DNA of 64,000 bases from an uncultured delta proteobacterium (GCA_963727485.1 CAVSGM010000003.1:726636-790635); one strand, 5' to 3'. Positions 20,301 to 32,091 are shown, numbered from the stretch's first letter. A program made the numbers and translations. Notes: a model not told the origin generated them from the sequence alone.

Positions 20301-23300
20301 GGCCGAGAGCAGGCGCTGCACCGAGGGCACCAGCGCCGGCTCGAGGCCCAGGCGCTGCATCCGGCGCAGGGTCTCCGGCTCGGCGTCGCGGAAGGCCCAG
20401 CGCACCGCGTGCATCGAGCCGTACCGGCGCGCGAGCTCCAGGGCCTCGCTGCGGGAGCGGGCCACCGCGGTGGCGAAGGCGAAGGTCACCGTGCCCCGAG
20501 GCTTGAGCTCGACGCCCGCGGTCAGGCTCATCACCGGGTCGAGCACCGCCCCCGTCCGGCCGCCCCGGGCGCCCTGTCCGGGTGAGAGCGCCCGCGGCGC
20601 CCGGGCGTGGGTCCCCCGGCCGAAGAAGGCGAGGCGGTCGGTCTCCTGGCCCGCCAGCGTGACCGCCGCCCCCTCCCGGACCAGCCGGTGGACGAGCACC
20701 GCCCGCCCCTCGGCGGCGGCCCGGGGACGCCGCGCGAAGAGGAGACCCTCGAGCTCGGCCACCGCCTCGCTCTCCAGGAAGAGCTTGGAGAACGCCGGAT
20801 GGGTCGTCGCCTGGTCGGCCGGGAGCAGCACCGGCTCCCCCACGCTGGTCACCGACAGGCGCCGGCGCCGATCGGTCTCGTTGTGGATCGTGACCCGCCG
20901 GAGCTCGACGTCGTCGGCGGGGGCGACCGCCACGTCCACACGCATCGAGAGGCCCTGCTCGCGGCGATGGAACTCCGCCCGGTGGGCGGCGAAGGTGGTC
21001 CGTCCCCGCTCGGAGGTGGCCCGCCACCCGAGCCCGCTGTCCTGGTCCCGCACCTCGATCCACAGGCCCTCCTGGTCGCGATTGCGGTCGGTGCCCTGGC
21101 GGGTGAGCGCGAGCCCGTCCCAGAGCAGGCCGCCCCCGCCGGAGCCGGTGAGCAGGCTGCTGAGGCGACCGTTGCTCAGGATCTGCGCCTGAGGCCGGCC
21201 GCCGGCGCTCGGCGACCAGGGCGCGGGCGCGGGGAGCGGGGCCCCGTTCCCGGCGGCGCGCAGGGTCTCGGGGCGCTCGGCGATCGGCCACTCCCGCGGC
21301 GCGTGGGCGGGGGCCCGCTCGTTGAGCAGGGCCTCGCCGGTCTCGACCAGGGCGTTGGCGTGGAAGCGCGCGACCATGACCTCCTGGTTCAGGCAGTTGT
21401 CCAGGGCGACCAGGAGCATCCCCTGGTGGTGGGCCATGTACGAGCGCACCACCGCCCCCGGCCTGCCGTCGGGCACCCGGTTCGGCCGCAGGTCCAGCGC
21501 CTCGAAGAGCCCGTAGGCGCCGAGCATCCCCCGGGCCTCCAGCGCGGCGAGGTTGTCGACCACGGCCCGGGGCCGGATCGACACCCCCAGGGCCGAGGCA
21601 TAGGGCGCGACCACCAGGTCCTCCTCCAGCCCCCGCTTGAACCCGAGCCCGGGCACGCCGAACGACCGGTACTGGTAGGTGTGGTGCGCGTCGAGGCGGG
21701 CGTAGGCCGACTCCGAGACCCCCCAGGGCGCGCCCCGCGCCGCCATCCAGGCCACCTGGGCGTCGACCACCCGGGCGCTGGTCTCCGCCAGGAGCGTCCC
21801 CTCGTGGCTGCGCATCAGCAGGCCCGGCATCAGGTACTCGAACATCGACCCGCCCCAGGAGAGGAGCGCGGGCCCGCCGTGAACCCGGGTCATCGGGCGC
21901 CCCAGGGCATACCAGTGGGACTCGGGCACCTCGCGCTTGACGATCGCCAGGTAGCTGGCGAGCCGCGCCTCCGAGGCGAGGAGGTCGTAGTGGTGCGAGT
22001 CGACCTGGTCGAGGGTGACGTTGTAGCCGATGCGGAAGAGCTTGCGTTCGTGATCGTAGAGGAGGCCGAAGTCCATCCCCTGGACCTGGGCCTCGGCGCG
22101 GCGGGCGACCGAGACCAGGTCGTCGTGCAGCGTCCTGGCGGTCGTCGCCGCCTGGCCGAGCGCCTCCCGGACCCGCTGCGCCGACCCTTGGAGCGCCTGC
22201 GAGAGCTCGCCCTTCGCCCGGTGTCCGGCCTCCCACCGGTCGAGCGCCTCGAGGCGGTCCCGACACGCGCCGGGGATCTCGTGGAGCGCGGGCGCGGCCG
22301 GGAGGTCCTCGCCTCCGACCGCCGGCTCGCCGGTGAGCGCCAGCCAGGGGAGCAGCACCTCCAGCTCCTGGCGCACCTGCCGGAGCTGCTGGTGGAAGGT
22401 GTCCATCCAGGTGTGCAGGGCGTGGAGGCTCTCGGCCTCGTGGCGGTAGGTCCCCGACTCGAGGAGGGCGATGAGCGCCTGGTCGAGCTCGGCGGCGGTG
22501 TCGTCGGCGAGGGCGCACAGCCTCGCGTAGGCGTCCTGGGGACTGTCCCAGGGCGCCTCGAGGGCGCGGCGGATCCGCGCCATCGCCGGCGCCAGGCCGT
22601 CGGTCGGCGACACCGAAGCCGAGTCGATGACCTCCTGGAGGACGTCGAGGGTGTCGGTGAGGCCCGCCCCCAGCGCCGGGCGGAGGACCGGAGCCCGGGC
22701 CGCCGCCCGGCACCCCTCGGCAAGCGCGAGCAGGGCGCCGGCGAGGTTCCCGCTGTCCACGGTGGACACGTAGCGGGGCAGAAGCGGCTGGAGGTTGCGG
22801 GTCTCGTACCAGTTGAGCAGATGGCCCTGGTAGTGGGTGAGCCGCTCCAGGGTGTCGACGGCGCTGCGCAGGCGCAGGACCAGCTCGCTTTGCCCGAGGT
22901 AGCCGAGGTCGTAGGCGGCGAGGGTCGACAGGAGCATCATCCCGATGTTCGTCGGCGAGGTCCGGTGCGCGGTCTGCTCCAGGGGCGCCGCCTGGTAGTT
23001 GTCGATGGGCAGCCACTGGTCGCCGGGGCCGACGAAGGTCTCGAAGAAGAGCCAGGTCCGCCGCGCGATCCGGCGCAGCCGCCGGCGATCTTTGGCGCGC
23101 AGCACCTCGCCGCGCGCGCGGGGCGGCTGGCCAAGCCACCGGGCGATCTCGGGCGCGAAGAGCCAGAGCCCCAGGAGCCCGGCCCCCACCGGGAGCGCCG
23201 CGGGCCGGACCCACCAGACCAGCGCGGTGCCGGCGAGGGCGAGGACGGGCGACAGGTACATCTCGCGCCAGAGCACCGCCCGCGACGATCGCATCCCCAG

Positions 23301-25778
23301 GCGGAAGGCGGTGTGCTCGGCGGAGGTCCACTCGAGCAGGTGCCGTCGGGTGAGGGTCATCCGCACCAGCACCCGGACCACCGCGTCGAGCACCAGGGCC
23401 GCCTGGTGGGCGAGGAACGCGAGCGCCAGCAGATAGCGGGCCAGGCCCGCGGCGCGGCCGGGACCCGCGCCGGTGAGGGCGGGGAGGAAGGGAACCAGGA
23501 GCGCGGCCAGGGCGGCGAGGGTCCACACCCACGGCGAGCCCGGGAGCCAGGTCCAGGCCGAGACCAGGAGCGCGACGAGGCCCACGCTCGTCAGGCTCCG
23601 CCGGAGGTTGTCGACGATCTTCCAGCGGTCGATGAGCCGGAGCCGGTTGGGGATCCGCTCGCCGCCGCGCGTCGGGACCCGGGGCCGCAGCCAGGGCACC
23701 AGCTGCCAGTCGCCGCGCACCCATCGGTGGAGCCGTCGCGCCTGGGTGGCGTACCCCTGCGGGTACTCCTCGAAGAGGACGATGTCGCTGGCCAGCGCGG
23801 TGCGGCCGTGGATCCCCTCGAAGAGATCGTGGCTGGAGAGGGCGTTGTCGGGGACCCGGCCCTCGAGGGTGCGGCTGAAGCCGTCGACGTCGTAGAGGCC
23901 CTTGCCGACGTAGATCGCCGAGGCGAAGAGGTCCTGGTAGGCGTCGGACACGGCGTGGGTGTAGATGTCGAGGCCGACGTCGCCGGCGAAGATCCGCGAG
24001 AACCGGGTGTCGCGCGCGCTGGTGGGCGAGGTGTCGATGCGCGGCTGGACGATGGTGTACCCGGAGACGACGCGGCCGGTGGCGTCGTCGAAGACCGCGC
24101 GGTTGAGGGGGTGGGCGAGGAGCCCGACCAGGCGGGCGGCGCTGCCCATGGGCAGCTGGGTGTCGCTGTCGAGGGTGAGGACGAAGCGGATGCCCTCGAG
24201 GCCCCCGGGATCCCCGACATGCCGCTCGAAGCTGGTGTCGGCGTGCCCGCGGAGGAGCCGGTTGAGCTCCTCGAGCTTCCCCCGCTTGCGCTCCCACCCC
24301 ATGAACCGGTCCTCCGACGGGTTCCACCGGGAGGTGCGGTGCAGGAGGTGGAAGGGGCCGACCCCGCCGGTGCCGTGCTTCTCGTTGAGCGCCGCAATCC
24401 CCCGGGCCGCGCGATCGAGGAGGGTCGGGTCCCGGGGGAGGGTCTTCGAGTCCACCTCGTCGGTGAGCAGGGCGAGGCCGATCCGGGGATCGGGGTTGGC
24501 GAGATGGTGCAGCTCGATCTGGCGGAGCACCGCGTCCACCTCGTCGGGGCGGCCGAGGAGGGTCGGGATCACCACCAGGGTCCGCGCGTCCTCGGGGAGG
24601 CCCCCGGAGAGGTCGAGCTTGGGCAGCGCCTGCGGCGGCAGGAGGTGCGCGAGCGCCCAGTGCAAGACCGCGACGGCCATGACCGACGCCGGCAGGAGGG
24701 CGAGGATCACCGCCAGGGCGATGGACCAGGGGGGCGCCTGGGACCGGGCGGCGTACCCCCCGGCGAGGGCCATCGGTGCCGCGGTGAGGAGGGCCAGCGA
24801 CGCCAGGTAGGTCAGCGTGGGCCACCGCCGCAGGCCCCGGCGCACGCGCTCGAGGCCGCGGGGGCGATACCCGAGCTGCGCCTCCAGCACGCGCCGTCCG
24901 TCGTCGACGAGGTAGTAGCCGACGTGCCCGTGGCGCGGGTCGGGGTACCCGGCTCGCGCCAGCGCGATCGCGCGCCCCGCCACCTCCGCCTCGGGGACGC
25001 CGGTGGCCCAGGCGAGCGCCTCGACCCCCTTGCGGTAGGCATCACAGGTGGCGAACTCCATGCGCCCATAGACCTGGGCCGGGTCCTGGCGGAGGACGCG
25101 CTCGACCGAGCTGGTGTCCTCGAAGAACGCCAACCAGTCGATCTCCGCGAGCAGGCGCAGGGCCCGCACCGCCCGCTCCACACCGGCGCCCGGGTCGAGC
25201 TCGAGCTCGAAGGGCTCGGCCGGGCCGTCGTCGGCCTCGATCACGTGGAGGCCGGCGAGGAAGTGCAGCAGGCCGCGCAGCACCGACACCCGCAACATCG
25301 TCGGCAGCGCCCAGAGCTCGGCGATGGTGAGCGGCGAGATCTCCTGGTAGGCGTCGAGGTACCGCTCGAGGGCGGCCGGGTCGAGCTCGACGCCGCGCCC
25401 GACCACCAGCGCCCGCGCCAGGGCGTAGACCCGAGGCAGGCCCCGGGAGGGGCCCGAGGCGAGCTCGGGGAGGTGCCGGAGGAAGCCGCGCGGGAGCTCC
25501 TGGTCGATCTGTCGCGCCACGCGGCGAATCAGATAGTAGTTGTCGAGGAACCACTCGGCCGCCCGCTTCAGGGTCGGGTTGTCCGACTCGAGGCCGAGGA
25601 GGTGTTGCTCGGCCCGATCGAGGGCGTGGGCCATCGCCGACGGCTCGAGGAACCGGGTGACCGCGCGCCGGGCCCGGCACAGCTGGCGCTGGCCCTCGGC
25701 GAGCCCCCGGGCCTCCGCTTCGACGGCCGTCGCTTCCGCGGTCTCTTCGACGGTCGAGACCCGCGCGGGGTCCATCAA
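17360..25778 (-). CDS. ndvB: Cyclic beta-1,2-glucan synthase (GT84 + GH94)
   Basis: WFLDNYY, GWERKRGK, SHDLFEG, RWVRGDWQ, SWGGSMFEY, YQSSGAFGFRDQLQD, GDWNDG, ENGGQYTH, WYTGAA; indel near 17437, with the natural end EVRVRLG...* at 17360. Confidence 0.93.
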
Positions 25779-26854
25779 CGGGCCTCCGGCGAGTAGCTCG
25801 CCCGGGGCGGGGGCGCCACCTCCTCATCGCGCACGTCGGTGGTGCGCTCGAGCTCGAGCTCGGAGAGATCCTGCAGCACCAGGAGGGGGACGGCCGAGTT
25901 TGCCAGCAGGTGCGTGGTCACGTTTCCGAAGGGGCGGGCGGCGTTGCAGGTCACGCCGTGGGCGGAGAGGACGACGAGATCGGCCTGCTCCTTCTGGGCG
26001 AGCTCGAGGAGGAGCTGATGCGCGTCCCCATGCCGGACGACGAGGGCGCGCACCGAGGTGCCCTCCCGGGCGAGCTGGTCCCGAAGGTGATCCAGATAGC
26101 GCTGGGCGCTGGCGGCGAGACGGGTCGCCAGCTCCTGAGCCAGCGCCAGGTCCTCGGGGGCGCAGAGCACCCCCGTGGGCTGGGGCTCGACGATCACGTG
26201 GACCAGCAGCAGCTCCGCGTCATGGGCCTTGGCGATCCGCGCCGCCGTCGGCAACACGCTCTCGGTGCGGGCCGAGCCGTCGAGGGGGACGAGGATGTGC
26301 CTCGGGCACACCACCTCCGGGGCGGGCAGGGAGGAGCGGGCGACCAGGACCGAGTTTCGGGCCACCGCGAGGACCTGCTGCACGGTGCTGCCCAGGTTCC
26401 AGGGCACCACGCCGCCCTCGCCGTGGCTCCCGAGCACGGTGAGATCGGCGCCCAGCTCCCGGGAGAGCGCGACGATCCGTTCGGCGGGGTGGCCCTGCTC
26501 GAGCCGGACGTCGACCTGCTGGCCGGTGGACTCCGCCGCCTGGCGGCCGACGCGCTCGAGGTAGTCGCTGGCCTCGTGCCGGGAGATCTCCCAGCCCACG
26601 GCGTTGGTGGCGTGGGGCCCCGCGCGCGGCCCCACGCGCTCCTGCCGCGCCTCCAGGACGTGCAGGAGGGTGAGCGCGCTGCCGAAGGTCTTGCTGATGC
26701 AGACCGCGTAGGGGAGGCACACCTCCGAGAACGGCGAGCGGTCCAGGCACACCAGCACCCGACGGATGCCGTGGCCGCGGGCCGGCCGGATCGGCGTGGA
26801 TGAGCGGGTCGCCCTCCGAGGGGGGCGCGGTGAGGGTTCAGACCAGGTCCCCAT
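25775..26854 (-). CDS. Tandem-domain universal stress protein, start uncertain
   Basis: Two USP domains (VLVCLDRS / ILVPLDGS; GSTVQQV). Confidence 0.88.
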   Translation of the reverse strand: MGTWSEPSPRPPRRATRSSTPIRPARGHGIRRVLVCLDRSPFSEVCLPYAVCISKTFGSALTLLHVLEARQERVGPRAGPHATNAVGWEISRHEASDYLERVGRQAAESTGQQVDVRLEQGHPAERIVALSRELGADLTVLGSHGEGGVVPWNLGSTVQQVLAVARNSVLVARSSLPAPEVVCPRHILVPLDGSARTESVLPTAARIAKAHDAELLLVHVIVEPQPTGVLCAPEDLALAQELATRLAASAQRYLDHLRDQLAREGTSVRALVVRHGDAHQLLLELAQKEQADLVVLSAHGVTCNAARPFGNVTTHLLANSAVPLLVLQDLSELELERTTDVRDEEVAPPPRASYSPEAR

Positions 26855-27032
26855 GGTCTGACGTGGCTACAAGAAGCCTGCCAGGAGCGAGGTGCTGGGC
26901 AGGAACCCGACCTGCGCGTCCGAAACCCCAGCGGGGGGCGGGGGACGGGGCGGGGCGGCCCGCGGGAGGGGGCACCGATTGCCCGGGTCGGACGGGCTCC
27001 GGTGCACACTCTGCGGACAGGGGCACCTGCCC

Positions 27033-27452
27033 CTAGTGCCGCTTCGTCGCCTCCACGTAGCGCAGGCGCAGGTCGTAGAGCAGGGCGTCGAGGTAGCTCG
27101 CCTCGTCCCGGTCGAGGTTGCCCTGGGTCTTGTCCCGGAGCATGGCGAGCATGTCGATGGTCTGCTTGGCCATGGTCAGGTTGGGCTCGGGGGCGTGGGT
27201 GTCGGGGTGGGGCGAATCGCCGAGGTGGACGAGCGCCGAGGAGCCGAGCGAGAGGACGAAGGTGGTGAAGTCCATCTCCGGGGCGGGGCGGCGGGGGCCC
27301 TCCTCGGCGGCGGCGTCGGCGCGGCGCGCGGCGTCGTCCATGGCGGCCTGGCTGGGGCGGGGTGGGGCGCCGGGCTCATCGTCGAGGTGCACCCGCCGGT
27401 GGTCGGTGACCTTGAACGCCGGCTCCTGCTCGTCCCTGTCCTTGTCGGCCAT
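27033..27452 (-). CDS. DUF1844 family protein
   Basis: FTTFVLSLGSSALVHLG...AKQTIDMLAML..KTQGNL...LYDLRLRYV. Confidence 0.88.
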   Translation of the reverse strand: MADKDRDEQEPAFKVTDHRRVHLDDEPGAPPRPSQAAMDDAARRADAAAEEGPRRPAPEMDFTTFVLSLGSSALVHLGDSPHPDTHAPEPNLTMAKQTIDMLAMLRDKTQGNLDRDEASYLDALLYDLRLRYVEATKRH

Positions 27453-27505
27453 GTGCGCTCCTCCGATCGTCGATGGTAGGCAGGACCACGCCAGGTGGCA
27501 ATGGT

Positions 27506-28312
27506 TCAGCCGAGGACCTCGGGGTCGAGGTCCACGCCCACCGGGCAGTGGTCCGAGCCCATCACCTCGGGCTGGTGGAAGCCCCGGCGGACATGGCGCA
27601 TGGCGCTCGGCGCGGCCAGGACGTAGTCGATGCGCCACCCCACGTTCCGCTCCCGGACGCCCTGGCGGTTGCTCCACCAGGTGTAGTGGCCGCCTGCGGG
27701 CTCGAAGTGGCGGAAGGTGTCGACCCAGCCGGCGGCGAGCCACTGGTCGAGGGCCTCGCGCTCCTCGGGGAGGAAGCCGCTGGTCTCCCGGTTGCCCTGG
27801 GGGCGGGCGAGGTCGATCTCGCGGTGGGCGGTGTTGAAGTCGCCCATCACCAGCACCCGGTAGCCGCCCTTCCGCAGGCGCTGGAGGCGGTCGAAGAGGG
27901 CGGCGTAGAACTCGAGCTTGTAGGGGACCCGGCTGTTGTCCCGGTCCTTGCCGCTGCCGTTGGGGAAGTAGACGTTGGCGACCACCAGCTTGCCGAAGCG
28001 CGCGATCTGGAGGCGGCCCTCGGCGTCGAAGCGGTCCTCGCCCAGGGAGGTGTCGAGGCGGTCGGGGGCGCGGGTCATGTAGAGGCCCACGCCGGAGTAG
28101 CCCTTGCGCTCGGCGGCGACGAAGTGGGCCTGGTAGCCCGTCGGCGCGCGGACCGCCTCGGGGAGGACGTCCTCGGTGGCGCGCACCTCCTGGACCCCCA
28201 CGGCGAAGGCGGGCTCCCGGTCGAGCCAGTCCACGAAGTGGCCCTTGCGGTGGGCGGCGCGCAGGCCGTTGACGTTCCAGGAGAGGATGCGGATCGGGCG
28301 GGGGCGGGACAT
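27506..28312 (-). CDS. xth: Exodeoxyribonuclease III
   Basis: SWNVNGLRA, QE, GDFNTAH, YTWWS, GWRIDY, SDHCP. Confidence 0.95.
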   Translation of the reverse strand: MSRPRPIRILSWNVNGLRAAHRKGHFVDWLDREPAFAVGVQEVRATEDVLPEAVRAPTGYQAHFVAAERKGYSGVGLYMTRAPDRLDTSLGEDRFDAEGRLQIARFGKLVVANVYFPNGSGKDRDNSRVPYKLEFYAALFDRLQRLRKGGYRVLVMGDFNTAHREIDLARPQGNRETSGFLPEEREALDQWLAAGWVDTFRHFEPAGGHYTWWSNRQGVRERNVGWRIDYVLAAPSAMRHVRRGFHQPEVMGSDHCPVGVDLDPEVLG

Positions 28313-28378
28313 GATCGCCGCCGATATAGCATCCCCGAGAGGGGTCCGCGACCGGTGGCGCCGTGGTACCGTCCGCCG

Positions 28379-28972
28379 ATGCTCGCCGCCGGCTGGGACA
28401 TGCAGGTCGTTCGCGCCGCCACCGAGGCCGCCCATGGCCCCGGCGTCGGCGCCGCGATCCTCGCCACGGTGGCCCGGAGCCTCTCGGCCCGGTGGTTCCC
28501 CTTCGTGGTCCTCGCCATCCTCCTGGCGATCGCCGTCCGCCGGCGGACCCGCCGGTCGGTGCTGGCGGTCCTCGCCCCCCTCGCCGCCATCGGCATCTGC
28601 GACCCGGTGAACAGCCAGATCTTCAAGCACCTCTTCCACCGGCTGCGCCCCTGCCACGCCGACGCCGCGCTGCGCACCCTGGTCCACTGCGGGCCCGGGT
28701 TCTCCTTCCCCTCGAGCCACGCCGCCAACGGCGCCGCCGCCACCTGCGCCCTGATCCTGGCCCTGCGCCCGCGGTGGCCTTCGGCCCTGGCCCTCGGCGC
28801 CATCGGCCTCTCGGTGGGCCTCTCGCGCATCGTGGTCGGGGTCCACTACCCCACCGACGTCCTCGGCGGGTGGGGGTGGGGCGCGGTGGCGGGGACGGTT
28901 GCCTACCTGCTGATGCGCCGGCTGATGGGCCTGGTGCCGCCAGGGGTGTTCCGGCGGCCCGAGTCGGGGTAG
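28379..28972 (+). CDS. PAP2 family phosphatase
   Basis: KHLFHRLRP, FPSSHA, SRIVVGVHYPTDV. Confidence 0.92.
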   Translation: MLAAGWDMQVVRAATEAAHGPGVGAAILATVARSLSARWFPFVVLAILLAIAVRRRTRRSVLAVLAPLAAIGICDPVNSQIFKHLFHRLRPCHADAALRTLVHCGPGFSFPSSHAANGAAATCALILALRPRWPSALALGAIGLSVGLSRIVVGVHYPTDVLGGWGWGAVAGTVAYLLMRRLMGLVPPGVFRRPESG

Positions 28973-28995
28973 AAGGTCCGGCGAAAGGAGCCCGC

Positions 28996-29520
28996 ATGTC
29001 CAAGGTTGCGCAGGGCAAGGTCATCGACATCGAGTACACCCTCACCCTCGAGGACGGAGAGGTGGCCGACGCCACCGACGGTGAGCCCGTGGTCTACCTC
29101 CACGGCGCCGGCGAGATCCTCCCCGGTCTGGAGAAGGTCCTGGAGGGCCACGCGGTCGGGGACAAGGTCACCGTCACCCTCGCGCCCCCGGACGCCTACG
29201 GCGAGTACGACGCGGACCTCACCGCCGACGTGCCCCGGGACGCCTTCCCCGACGGCGCCGAGATCGAGGAGGGCGACGAGGTCGATCTGGTCTCCGACGA
29301 CGGCGACGACATGACCGGCTGGATCGAGTCCTTCGACGACGAGAACGTCCACGTGGACCTGGACCACCCCCTCGCCGGCGAGACCCTCACCATCGTCGCC
29401 GAGGTCATGGCCATCCGCGACGCCACCCCGGAGGAGGTCGCCCACGGGCACGCCCACGATCCCTTCGAGGAGGACGAGGAGGGTGGCGAGGACGACGAGA
29501 AGAACGGCGTCATCCACTGA
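28996..29520 (+). CDS. slyD: SlyD-type FKBP peptidyl-prolyl isomerase
   Basis: YLHG..ILPGLE, AYGEYD, DLDHPLAG, IRDATPEEVAHGHAH. Confidence 0.9.
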   Translation: MSKVAQGKVIDIEYTLTLEDGEVADATDGEPVVYLHGAGEILPGLEKVLEGHAVGDKVTVTLAPPDAYGEYDADLTADVPRDAFPDGAEIEEGDEVDLVSDDGDDMTGWIESFDDENVHVDLDHPLAGETLTIVAEVMAIRDATPEEVAHGHAHDPFEEDEEGGEDDEKNGVIH

Positions 29521-29554
29521 CGCCCGTCGCGCCTGGCCCAGCGGCAGGTGATCG

Positions 29555-30724
29555 TCAGCGCAGCGGCTCGGTCCCCTGGGCGAGCAACGCCAGGTACGGG
29601 TCGTAGGCAAACAGACGGTCCCGCTTCCGCCCGGTGATCTCCCGGAGGAGCCCCAGGTCGATCATTCGGGCGAAGGCCGCGCCGACCGTCGGGGCCGAGA
29701 GGCCGGTCTCGCGGGCGCCAGCCTGAACCGAGAGCAGGGGCCGCTTCTGCATCACCTCGTGGACCTGGAGCGCCGAACCCGCGGTGCGGCCGAGGGTCTG
29801 GAGTCGCTGGCGATCGCGGTTGAACAGGTCGAGTGCCCCGCGTGCGGTGTCCACCGCCTGGCGCGAGGTGGCGAGGACGCCCTCCAGGAAGAAGCGGAGC
29901 CACGCCTCCCACTCGCCGTGGGTCCGGACGCGCTGCAGGCGCTCGTAGTACTCCTCGCGGTGCTGTTTGAAGTGAAGGGAGAGGTAGAGGATCGGCTCCG
30001 AGAGCGCCGCGCCGGCGCAGAGCAGGAAGGTGATGAGCAGGCGGCCCAGGCGCCCGTTCCCGTCGAGGAACGGGTGGATGGTCTCGAACTGCGCGTGGGC
30101 CAGGGCGGCCTTGATGAGCAGGGGCGTGGGCTCGGGGTCGTCGTGGAGGAAGCGCTCGAGGGGATCGAGGCAGTCCATGAGCCGGGCCGGCGGCGGGGGC
30201 ACGTAGCGCGCGTTGCCCGGTCGGCTGCCACCGATCCAGTTCTGGGTTCGCCGGAACTCCCCCGGCGTCTTGTCGCTCCCGCGGCCGGCCGCCAGCATCA
30301 CGCCGTGGATCTCGCGGATGAGCCGGAGCGAGAGGGGGAAGCCCTCCTTGAGACGCGCGAGCCCGTGCTCCATGGCGCGGACGTAGTTGACCACCTCCAC
30401 CACGTCGTCGAGAGGCGTGCCGGGGACGCCGTCGGCCTCGTGTGCCAGGAGGTCCGAGAGGGACGACTGGGTCCCCTCGATCTGCGACGAGAGGACCGCC
30501 TCCTTGCGCACGTAGTTGTAGACGAAGAGCGAGGTGTCCGGCAGGACGGTGGCCAGGCCGTCGAGACGGCCGAGGGCCAGGTTGGCCTGACCGAGCAGCT
30601 CGTGGTCCGCCGCGCGGAGTGCCAGCGGCGGCCGGGGCGGCAGGGGGTGGGGGACGAACGCCCGTACCGCCTCGCCCCCGGTGTCGGTCGTCACCCAGTC
30701 GCCCGAGGGCGCGTCACGCGCCAT
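29555..30724 (-). CDS. Fic family protein
   Basis: HPFLDGNGRLGR motif and SSQIEGT. Confidence 0.95.
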   Translation of the reverse strand: MARDAPSGDWVTTDTGGEAVRAFVPHPLPPRPPLALRAADHELLGQANLALGRLDGLATVLPDTSLFVYNYVRKEAVLSSQIEGTQSSLSDLLAHEADGVPGTPLDDVVEVVNYVRAMEHGLARLKEGFPLSLRLIREIHGVMLAAGRGSDKTPGEFRRTQNWIGGSRPGNARYVPPPPARLMDCLDPLERFLHDDPEPTPLLIKAALAHAQFETIHPFLDGNGRLGRLLITFLLCAGAALSEPILYLSLHFKQHREEYYERLQRVRTHGEWEAWLRFFLEGVLATSRQAVDTARGALDLFNRDRQRLQTLGRTAGSALQVHEVMQKRPLLSVQAGARETGLSAPTVGAAFARMIDLGLLREITGRKRDRLFAYDPYLALLAQGTEPLR

Positions 30725-30857
30725 GGCGCACCGGGTAATAAAGGGACGTTCTTGTCACCGACGGATAGGAAAGAATAGGCACTTATCTTTCTTAACGCCG
30801 GGTACCAGGCCGGTCAATTCGAATGGGGGGCTCCACTGACCGCGCCGGCCGATCCGG

Positions 30858-31289
30858 TCAGTCGTCGCGGCCGACCGGACGGCGCCCCTGCTTCACCTGG
30901 CCCCGGGCCTTCTTGCCCTTGATGCGCCGCTCCTTGGAGCCCTTGGTGGGCCTGGTCGGCTTGCGGCGCTTGGGCGGCACCAGGGCCCGGCGCACCAGCG
31001 CCGCCAGGTCCTCCCGGGCCGCCTCGAGGTTCCGGGGCTGGTCCCGGTAGGCGCCGCGGACGAGCACCACGCGGCCCTCGGCGTCGAGGCGGCTCGGGCC
31101 CGCGAGCTTGCGCAGGCGCGCCTTCACCGGGGGCGCCAGCGCCTCGCAGCCCTCGAGGTCGAAGCGCAGGTCGACCTTGGAGGCGACCTTGTTCACGTTC
31201 TGCCCCCCGGGGCCGCTCGACCGCACGGCGGTCCACGAGAGGTCGGCGGCGGGGAGGGTGATCCGGCTGGAGATGCGCAGGGGGTCCAT
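30858..31289 (-). CDS. arfB: Alternative ribosome rescue factor ArfB
   Basis: SSGPGGQNVNK and basic tail RKPTRPTKGSKERRI. Confidence 0.93.
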   Translation of the reverse strand: MDPLRISSRITLPAADLSWTAVRSSGPGGQNVNKVASKVDLRFDLEGCEALAPPVKARLRKLAGPSRLDAEGRVVLVRGAYRDQPRNLEAAREDLAALVRRALVPPKRRKPTRPTKGSKERRIKGKKARGQVKQGRRPVGRDD

Positions 31290-31377
31290 GACGGGCCCCG
31301 ATATAGCGCGCCGGGCGCGAGGATGCGAACGCACCGCCCTTGCCCCCGCGGGCCCTGGCGGCGATCCTCGGGGACCC

Positions 31378-32091
31378 GTGAGCACCCTCGAGCGCATCAC
31401 CGACGACCTGGTCCAAGACCTCTCGCGCCTCCGCTTCGGCCCGCCGGTCACCCACGTCTACGACCCCCTGGTCTACGCGCGCCGGGCCTGGGACCGGTAC
31501 TGCACCCGGTACGGCCGCGGCCGCCGGGAGGTGCTGCTCCTCGGCATGAACCCCGGGCCCTTCGGCATGGGGCAGGTGGGCGTGCCCTTCGGCGAGGTGA
31601 ACCTGGTGCGCGACTGGCTCGGGATCGAGGCGCCCATCGGGAAGCCCGAGCCCGAGCACCCCAAGCGGCCCATCCAGGGCTTCGCCTGCACCCGCAGCGA
31701 GGTGAGCGGCGCCCGGCTCTGGGGGTGGGCGCGGGACACGTTTGGCACCGCCGAGGCGTTCTTCGAGCGGTTCTTCGTCGCCAACTACTGCCCCCTGGTG
31801 TTCATGGAGGACAGCGGGCGCAACCGCACGCCCGACAAGCTGCCGGCGGACGAGCGCGAGCCGCTCTTCGAGGCCTGCGACCGGGCCCTCGAGCGGACCA
31901 TCGACCACTTCCGGCCCCAGCGGGTCATCGGCGTCGGGGCCTTCGCCGAGGGGCGGGCGCGGGCGGTGGTCGGGGACGACGGGCCCAAGGTCGGCCGCAT
32001 CCTCCACCCGAGCCCGGCGAGCCCCAAGGCGAACCGCGGCTGGGCCGCCGAGGCCACCCGGGAGCTGAAGGCCCTCGGCGTGAAGCTCTAG
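31378..32091 (+). CDS. SMUG1-like uracil-DNA glycosylase
   Basis: GMNPGPFGMGQVGVPFG, SEVSG, NYCP, HPSP. Confidence 0.93.
   Translation: MSTLERITDDLVQDLSRLRFGPPVTHVYDPLVYARRAWDRYCTRYGRGRREVLLLGMNPGPFGMGQVGVPFGEVNLVRDWLGIEAPIGKPEPEHPKRPIQGFACTRSEVSGARLWGWARDTFGTAEAFFERFFVANYCPLVFMEDSGRNRTPDKLPADEREPLFEACDRALERTIDHFRPQRVIGVGAFAEGRARAVVGDDGPKVGRILHPSPASPKANRGWAAEATRELKALGVKL

Noticed and set aside
16939..25796. Very long antisense or alternate-frame ORFs (1729, 1601, 1023, 941 aa) over ndvB and similar ones elsewhere
   Set aside because: Shadow ORFs of high-GC coding DNA; Arg/Pro/Gly-rich or antisense-patterned with no family motifs
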